Assembly: GCF_009914755.1 (NCBI RefSeq)
Contig: NC_060929.1
Length of the DNA stretch: 64,000 bases
Source: the human T2T-CHM13v2.0 reference genome, Homo sapiens
Strand: one strand, 5' to 3'
The notes beneath the pieces were generated by a model that saw only the letters and a list, made by a program, of their open reading frames with translations, ran no database searches and was not told the DNA's origin. Shown here in pieces: positions 55,721 through 64,000 of the stretch (positions are counted from its first letter, which is position 1; each line of letters begins with the position of its first letter). The position numbers and the translations under genes are program-made.

Positions 55721-56681
55721 AAGGAAAACAAAACTGAAAGTTTATGCCCATTAATAAGCCTTCATTCTCCTCTCCCCCAAGCCCATGATAACCACCATTC
55801 TACTTTCTGTCTCTGTGAGTTGACTACTGTAAGCACCCCTCATGTAATTGGAATCAAAAAGTATCTGTCTTTTTGTGACTGGCTTATTTTACTTAGCATA
55901 GTGTCCTTGAGATTCATCTTTGTAGCATGTGTCAGAATTTCCTTCCTTTTTAAGGCTGAATAATATTCCATTGTGTGTCTATACCATATTTTGCTTATCC
56001 ATTCATCTGTAAATGGGCACTTGAGTTGCTTCCATCTTTTGTTTATTGTGAATAATGCTGCCATGAACTTTGATGTACAAAGAGCTCTTTGAGACCTCGC
56101 TTTCAGTTCTTTTGGGTATATACCCAGAAGTGGAATTGCTGGATCATATAGTAATTTTATTTTTAATTTTTTGAGGAACCACCATGCCACCATAAACTCT
56201 TTTCATACCAGTTTACGTTCCCACCAACAGTGCACAAGGGTTCCAATCTCTCTACATCCTCTCTAACACTTATTTTCTGTTTTTTTCTTTTTGATAGCAG
56301 TCATGAGGTGGCATCTCATTGTAGTTTGGTTTGCATTTTTCTAATGATCAGTGATATTGAACATCTTTTCATGTGCTTAGTGGGGATATATGTATATCCT
56401 GTTTGGATAAATGTCTATAAAATTCCATTGCCCATTTTTTGAATCAGGTTGTTTGGTTTTTTTGTTTTTGAGTTTTAGGTGAGTTCTCTATATATGCTGG
56501 ATATTAATTCCTTATTAGATATACGGTTTGCGAAGATTTTCTCCCATTCTGTGGGTTGCCTTTTTACTCTGTTGATAGTGTCTTTTGATGCATAAATTTT
56601 TCAAACTTTCATGAAATCCAATTTCTCTCTGTTTTTCTTTTTTGCCTGCGCCTTTGATGTCATTTCCAAAAAATCATTGCC

Positions 56682-56992
<311 letters not shown>

Positions 56993-59290
56993 TGCCAAAT
57001 CCAATGTCATGAAGCTTTTGCCTTATGTTTTCCTTCTAGTCTTAGGTGTTACATTTAAGTCTTTGATTAATTTTGAGTGATTTTTCTGTATGGTGTTAGG
57101 TAAGGTCCAACTTCATTATTTTGTATATGGATATTCAGTCTTCCCAAACCATTTGTTGAGAAGAATGTTCTTTCCCCATTGAATGGTCATGACACCCTTG
57201 TCAAAAATCATTTGGCCATACATGTAAGAGTTTATTTCTGGGATGTCAATTTTATTCAATTGGTCTATATGTATGTTTTTATGCCGGTACCACACTGTTT
57301 TGATTACTGCAGCTTTGTAGTAAGTTTTGAAATCAGGAAATGTGAGTCCTTCAGCTTTGGTCTTCTTTTTTAAGATTTTTGGCTATTCAGGATCTCTTGA
57401 GATCTCAAATGAATTTTAGCATCAGTTATTCTGTTTCTCTCCAAAATATCACTGGGATTTTGAGAGGAATTGCATCAAATCTGTAGGTCACTTTGGGTAG
57501 TATTGACATCTTAACAATATTAAGCCTTCCAACCCATGAACATGGGATGTGTTTCTGTTTAATTATACTTTCTTTAATTTCTTTCAGCAATATCTTGTAG
57601 TTTTTATTGTACAAGACTTTCCTTGTCTAAATTAATTTCTAATTATTTTCTTCTTTTTGGTGCTATTATAAATGGAATTGTTTTCATACTTCCCTTTTCA
57701 AATTATTCATTTTCAGTGTATAGAAATGCAAATGATTTTTGCATTGTGTTGACTTTGTATCCTACTACTTTGCTGAATTCATTTTATTCTAACAATTTGT
57801 GTGTGTGTGTAATATTTAGGATTTTCAGCATACAACACCATATTATCTGCAAACATTGAGAATTTTACTTCTTTCTTTCCAATTTGGATGTCTTCTATTA
57901 TTATTATTTTTCTTGCCTAAATGCCCTGGCTAGTACTTCCAGGGCTATGTTAAACAGAAGTAGTAAAAGTAGGTATCCTTGCCTCATTCCTGATCTTAGA
58001 GGAAAAGTGTTCAGTTTTTCACCATTAAATATCATGTTTGCTGTGGGTTTTCCCACATGGCTTTCACTGTTGGTATAGTTTCCTTCCGTTCCTGGTTTAT
58101 TGAGTATTTTTAATCATAAAACAGTGTTGAATTTTTGTCAAATGCTTTTTCTGCATCAATTGCGGTAACCACGTGTTTTTTCTCCTTCATTCTGTTAACA
58201 TGGTGCATTACATTGGTCAATTTTCATATGTTTAACCATTCTTGCATTCCAGAAATAAATTCCACTTCATCATGGCATATGATCCTTTTAATATACTGCT
58301 GAATTTGGTTTGCTAATATTTTGTTGAGGATTTTTGCACCAATATCATAAGAAATATTGGTCAACAGTTTTCTTATTTTATTTTTTACTCTGTCCTTCTG
58401 GTCTGATAGTTTTCTTTTCTTACAGTGTCTTTGTCTGGCTTCAGTATCAGTGTAACATTAGTTTCATGGAATGAGTCAGGAAGTGTTCCTGCCTCTTCAA
58501 TTCTTGGAAAAGTTTGAAAAGGATTAGTATTGTTCTTTTTTAAGTGTTTGGTAAAACTCATGGTGAAGCCATCAGGTCCAAGGCTTTTCTTTGATGAGAC
58601 ATTTATGACTACTGATTCAATCTCCTGACTATTTATAGGTGCATTCAAATTTTCTATTTCTTTGTGATTTCACCTTGCTGTAAGTTTTGTGTTCTAGGAA
58701 CCTGTCAATTTCATTTAGGCTATCCAATTTGTTGATGTACAATTGTTCATAGTACTCTCTCAAAATCCTTTTTATTTATGTAGGATTGGTAGTAATATCC
58801 TCACTTTCATTTCTGATTTTAATAATTTGAATCTTCTTTTATTCTTAGTCCCTCTCCCTAAAGGTTTGTAAATTTTGTTGATCTTTTCAGATAACCAACT
58901 TTTGTTTCATTAATCTTTTCTATTTTTTGTATTGTCTATTTTGTTTATTTTTGCTCTGATCTTTATTATTTCCTTCTCTTTGCTAGCTTTGTTTAGGTTT
59001 TTTTTTTTTAATGTAAACATTTATAGCTATACGTTTCCCTGTGATCAGTGCATTTGCTGAGTGCCGTAAGTTTTGGTATGTTCTGTTTTTATTTTCATTC
59101 ATCTGTAAGTATTTTCTAATTTTCTTTGTGATTTCTTCTTTGAAACATTGGTTGTTTAGCATCCTAAAGTTATAACATTCTAATTTGAATTTAGACAAGC
59201 TTAACCACAATTTTGTGAGTTTTCTAGTTTTACTTCTGATTCTGCTTTCTAATTTTGTCTTGTTGTAGTTACAGAAGATACTTTGTATGA

Positions 59291-59566
<276 letters not shown>

Positions 59567-61078
59567 GACATCTATTTTTTCAAATATATTGAGACAATTT
59601 GTGGCCTATCATATGATCTACCCTGGACCATGCCCCATGTGCACTTGAGAAGAATGTGTATGTTGTCGTTGCTGGGCAGAGTGTTCTGTTTATGTCTGTT
59701 AGATCTAGTTGGTTTATTATGTTGGTTTCTTAAGTCCTCTATTTTCTTGTGTATCTTACTTGTCTGGTTGTTCTGTCTGTTATTGAGAGTGGGATATGGA
59801 TGTTTACAACTGTTATTTTACAACTTTCTATTTCTCCCTTTGATTCTGTCAGTTTTTGCTGAATATATTTTGATGATCTGTCATTAGGTTGTAAATGTTT
59901 ATAGTTGTTCTAGTTTCTTAATGTGTTGAAACTTTTATTTATATTGCCCTTCTTGTCTCTTGTAACCATTTTTACAATTTAAAATCTATTTTGTCTGATA
60001 TTAGTATAGTCACCTGTGTTATCTTTTGTTTACTATTTGCATGCAATATCTTTTTCCATCGTTTTACTTTTATTCTATATGTGTCTTTGGAGCTAAAGCA
60101 AGTCTCTTGTAGACAGCATGTAGTTGGATCATGGGTTTTGTTGCTGTTATTGTTGTTGTTTTTCAGAAAAAAATATTTCCTGCCAATCATCTCTGTCTTT
60201 TCATTGGAGAGTTTCATCCATTTACATTTAAAGTTATTACTAATAAGAAGGGACGTACTTCTGTCATTCTGCCATTTTTTTATATGACTTACAGCTTTTT
60301 TTGTCCCTTATTTCCTGCATTGCTCTTTTGTGTTTAATTGATTTTTTTTTTAAAAACATAGTGCTGTTTAAATTCTTTTCTCATTTCCTTTTGTGTATAT
60401 TCTATACCTATCTCTTTGCAGTTAAATGTAAAGGGGATTACATGTAACATCCTAAAGTTATAACACTAATTTGAATTTAGAAAAGCTTAACCTCAATAAC
60501 ACACAAAGACTCTGCTCCTTTATGGCTTTATCTCCACCCCTTTCAGTTGTTGTTGTCACAGACTGCATATTCACACATTGTGTGACAAAAGCATAAACTA
60601 ATAAATCTTTTAAATGCATTGATCTCTTCAATTATGTAGTAAATAAAATGTGGATTTACAAACCAAAGTTACAATAATACTAGCTTTTAAACAAATATTT
60701 TTTTAATATATTAATCTCTTAAATCATGCAGAATACAAAAAGTGAAGGTACGAACTACCATTACAACAGTTCTAGCTTTTCTCTCTTCTCCTTTTAAGAC
60801 TCCCACAATGTGTATGGGCTGGAGGTGAAGGATGGGTGATATGGTTACTACTCTGCTAAGAGCTAAAACTGATTGACAGTAACTGCAATTTACTGCCCAA
60901 CCTTCCACTGGAAGTTTTTAAGCCTGCAATAGATTTCAGAGTTATAAAACAGTTACATCAAACAGATTCTGCCAGCAAATCATTGTCTAAGTGGGGAGAT
61001 AGATTCCTGGTATTTTCTACTCCACCATCTTGCCAGATTTACCCCCTATTTCTTTTTAAGTTCAACAAATTAGTATTG

Positions 61079-61465
61079 CAGAAGTGAGCAAGCTATAGCC
61101 CAAGGGCCAAATCTGGCTGCCTCCTGTTTTTGTAAGACCAGTGAACTAAGAATGACTTTATTTTGTTTATTTCTAACTACACCTACTTGAATAGGAGAAC
61201 TTATACTTTCAATGGCTGAAAAAAATTAAAAGAAGAATATTTTGTGACGTGAAAATTCTATGAAATTCAAATATTGGTGTTCATAAGTAAAGTTGTATTG
61301 AATCATAGCCATGCTCATTTGTTTATATTGTCTATGTTTATGGCTGCTTTCTAGCTGTGATGGTAGAGGTGAGTAGTTGCAACAGAGACCAAATAACTCA
61401 AATGACCTATAGGGCCTAAAATATTTGCTATCTAGCCTATTACAGAATAAGTTCACCAATCCTTA
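61079..61465. mobile_element. MER58B-like hAT-Charlie element
   Basis: GGGCCAAATCTGGC...CCTGTTTTTGTA...GAGTAGTTGCAACAGAGACC...AAAATATTTGCTATCT. Confidence 0.75.
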
Positions 61466-62428
61466 TTTTAAGCCATGCTGATGGATGGAGATAATTCAGA
61501 CTTAGGTCTCTAGCAAGAAATATCTAGGGCCCTGAAGGAAGAACTCATCAGAAGTGAAGTGAGCTTAGAACACTGACCTGGGTCCAATATCAGGGAAAAG
61601 TCACCATGAAGGGAGATTCAGCTTTGGCACAGCTTTGGCACAGACTTGAAGCTCCCTGACCTGGGCTGGAAGCAAGTATGCTTCAGGTATCAAGCACTGA
61701 AGAGCAAACTAAAGAGCTATAACACTGGGACTCCAAGCCAGGGGCACTATAGGGGGAGTGTGCTTGGCCAAGGATTTACCCTTGCTTTACCCTTGCTTGT
61801 TGTCTTCCCTGAAGAACCATGCTGGCCAGGCAAGGATCAGAACCATCAAGGGTGTCTGTCACCTGAGCAGGGAAAAAGGCTCACTGGACTTTGGGACTAC
61901 CTGCTGAAAACAGTTATGCAGAAAGTGAGCCTAGGAACAAAATGGGGTTGGGTAGCCAGGCATTGTTGAGGGCCCACTTCAGTTTAGTGAACATTGATTT
62001 ACACAGATAGCAGTCAATTTTAGAGTTGGGTCGTTCACCAGTAGCACTTAGCTACTGAGGACAGGCTCAGAAAAGTAGGTAATGGCAACATTACCAGATG
62101 GCATGATGCAAAGACACAGGCTTTGAAATTTAAGTCTATCAGAGAGACTGCTACTGAATTGATAGAGCATAGAATCTAAACTACACAAGAAAGAAGTAAA
62201 GAAAAAATAGTTAATTGGAACAAGTGAAGGGTCTAGTTAGAGTGAAGGACAGTTGTAGCAGGAATGGCTGGAAAAGCAAGATGGAAAGAGATGCTCCAAT
62301 TCCTGTTTTTGCAGAAGGGGCTGTTTCAGGTAGTCCCTGGTCCAGGGTGAGCTGGTAGGAGGTGTTGGCTGAGGTGGTTGGAAGAGGAAAGATTTGTTGA
62401 TGAGAAGGCCTGAATTCTGAATTGGTAT

Positions 62429-62832
62429 TGTCTTAGTGTGTTTGTGTTACTATAAAGGAATACCCGAGGCTGGGTAATTTATAAAGAAAAGAGGTTTATT
62501 TGGCTCACAGTTCTGCAGACTGTACAAGAAGCATGGCACCAGCATCTGCCTCTGGCTTCTGGTGAGGGCTTCAGGCTGTTTCCAATCAAGACAGAAGGCG
62601 AAGGAAACCTGGTATGTACAGATCACCATGTGGCCTCCAGGCTTTTTGTTAACAACCAGCTTTCTTGGAAACTAATAGAGCTAGAACTATTAATCTTCCC
62701 CGGGGAGCATTAATCTAATCATGAAGGATCCACCCTCACGACCCAAACACTTCCCATTAGGCCCCACCTCCAACACCGGGGATCAAATTTCAACATGAGA
62801 TTTGAGGGGATAAAAACACCCAAACTCTAGCA
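62429..62832 (-). mobile_element. MSTB-like MaLR solo LTR
   Basis: TGTCTTAGT...GGCTGGGTAATTTATAAAGAAAAGAGGTTTATTTGGCTCACAGTTCTG...TTAGGCCCCACCTCCAAC. Confidence 0.88.
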
Positions 62833-64000
62833 CTCAACCACATGGAGGTTGGAAGCATGTAGGATTAAGGGAGGATTTGAAGTGGTAGAGACGGAAGCCA
62901 ATGATGAGAGTGACAGGAAGGGGAGAGGGTGACACATAGTATAAGCAGCAAAGGGTGGGGAAGAAGTGGTCTGAAAGGAATAGTAAACAACTATGGCTGT
63001 GGTAAGTGTCCTGAATGAAAAACACCAGAACGCCAGGTATGAAAATAACAAGGGGGAACGGGGAGCCAGGGCCCATCTTCACTGGGGAAATGGCATTTAA
63101 CTGGAACTGCAAAGAATGAATGGGTGCTGTGGCAGAGCACACAGACACCCGCTGGAGAGGAGAGAGAACTGGCGCTTCCCATCCGGCAATGCCCCTGGCT
63201 GGCAAGGTGAGGGAGCAAGTGCCCAGCCTCCCTGTGCACCTGTCCAGTGGGGCAGCAGCAGTACTCACTTCACAGGGTTCTTATGAAACACAAAGGAGTG
63301 AATACATTTGTAAACCCCTAAAAACACATAGTAAGCTTTATGTAGGGGTTAGCTATTATATTTTCATTTAAGAAAAAATATTTCCCCTGGAATCACATCC
63401 AACCAAAATTACAGCAAGTCTTGTTTTCTGTACTCATTCAATTCTTTAAACACCCCATGAGGTAAGTTAAAAAGAAAAAACCCTAAAAAGTAGTTTTCTC
63501 TTTATCTTCTCTCAATCAGCACCGCCTCAAATCCTAGCTTTACCTGCATTCTGTGGCTTCCACAAAGGGCCTTTTATGAAAATCTGGGGCATTCAGGAGG
63601 TGGCTTACTGCCAAACTGCCTTTTAATTTATCAAAGACTCTCGGCTCTCAGGTGTTTAGATAAGTATTGATTAATTTTTTAGGCCAGAAGTTTTTGTGGG
63701 AGAAGTCAAGTGTTCGTGTGTTACTGTGAGGAGATGACCTGCCACACCCAGGAAGACCCTTGCTCCCTGGATCCCCAGCCAGGTGGCATGTTCCCCATGT
63801 ACAGCACCCTGGGACAGTCAGATGGCCCCTTTCTGGATTTCTGGGTCAGACCATTTTGGGAGTCATCTCCAAGTGTCTCAGACAAGTTTCCATGCCTGAT
63901 CCAAAACTAGGTAAGTTACCTGTATGTATGACATCAGAAGGTTCCCACACCACCATGCACATCACAGCAAGCTGTTTGAAGGAGGTAGGATATACAATAA

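Noticed and set aside
62834-63371. Overlapping ORFs in the GC-richer end of the window
   Set aside because: No recognisable protein, splice structure or CpG island; the next gene appears to start beyond the window

Overview
Human (primate, Alu-rich) genomic DNA holding the 3' part of FCHO2 (F-BAR domain only protein 2, a clathrin-coated-pit initiator) on the + strand. Fifteen coding exons (695-37417) splice in frame to 497 aa plus stop, covering the AP-2-activating linker, the Pro/Ser-rich region and the mu-homology domain. A ~2.4 kb 3'UTR ends near 39850. The remaining ~24 kb is repeat-dominated intergenic DNA: Alus, a long antisense L1M, Tigger3, several LTRs and a Y1 RNA pseudogene. One intron (753-1677) is a U12-type AT-AC intron. 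The most interesting signal is a set of hidden phase-1/phase-1 exon-like units in FCHO2 introns that sit where the neuronal paralog SGIP1 has extra exons. One is a frameshifted 492-nt exon (10829-11320) retaining VxIExL, PxLSPKS, WxxFxD and AExTF motifs. Another is an intact in-frame 60-nt exon (20228-20287, EDDNLIGTHTEIEKHCETSP). Comparisons with SGIP1 and fish Fcho2, exon numbers and repeat family names come from memory and need database confirmation; repeat boundaries are approximate.
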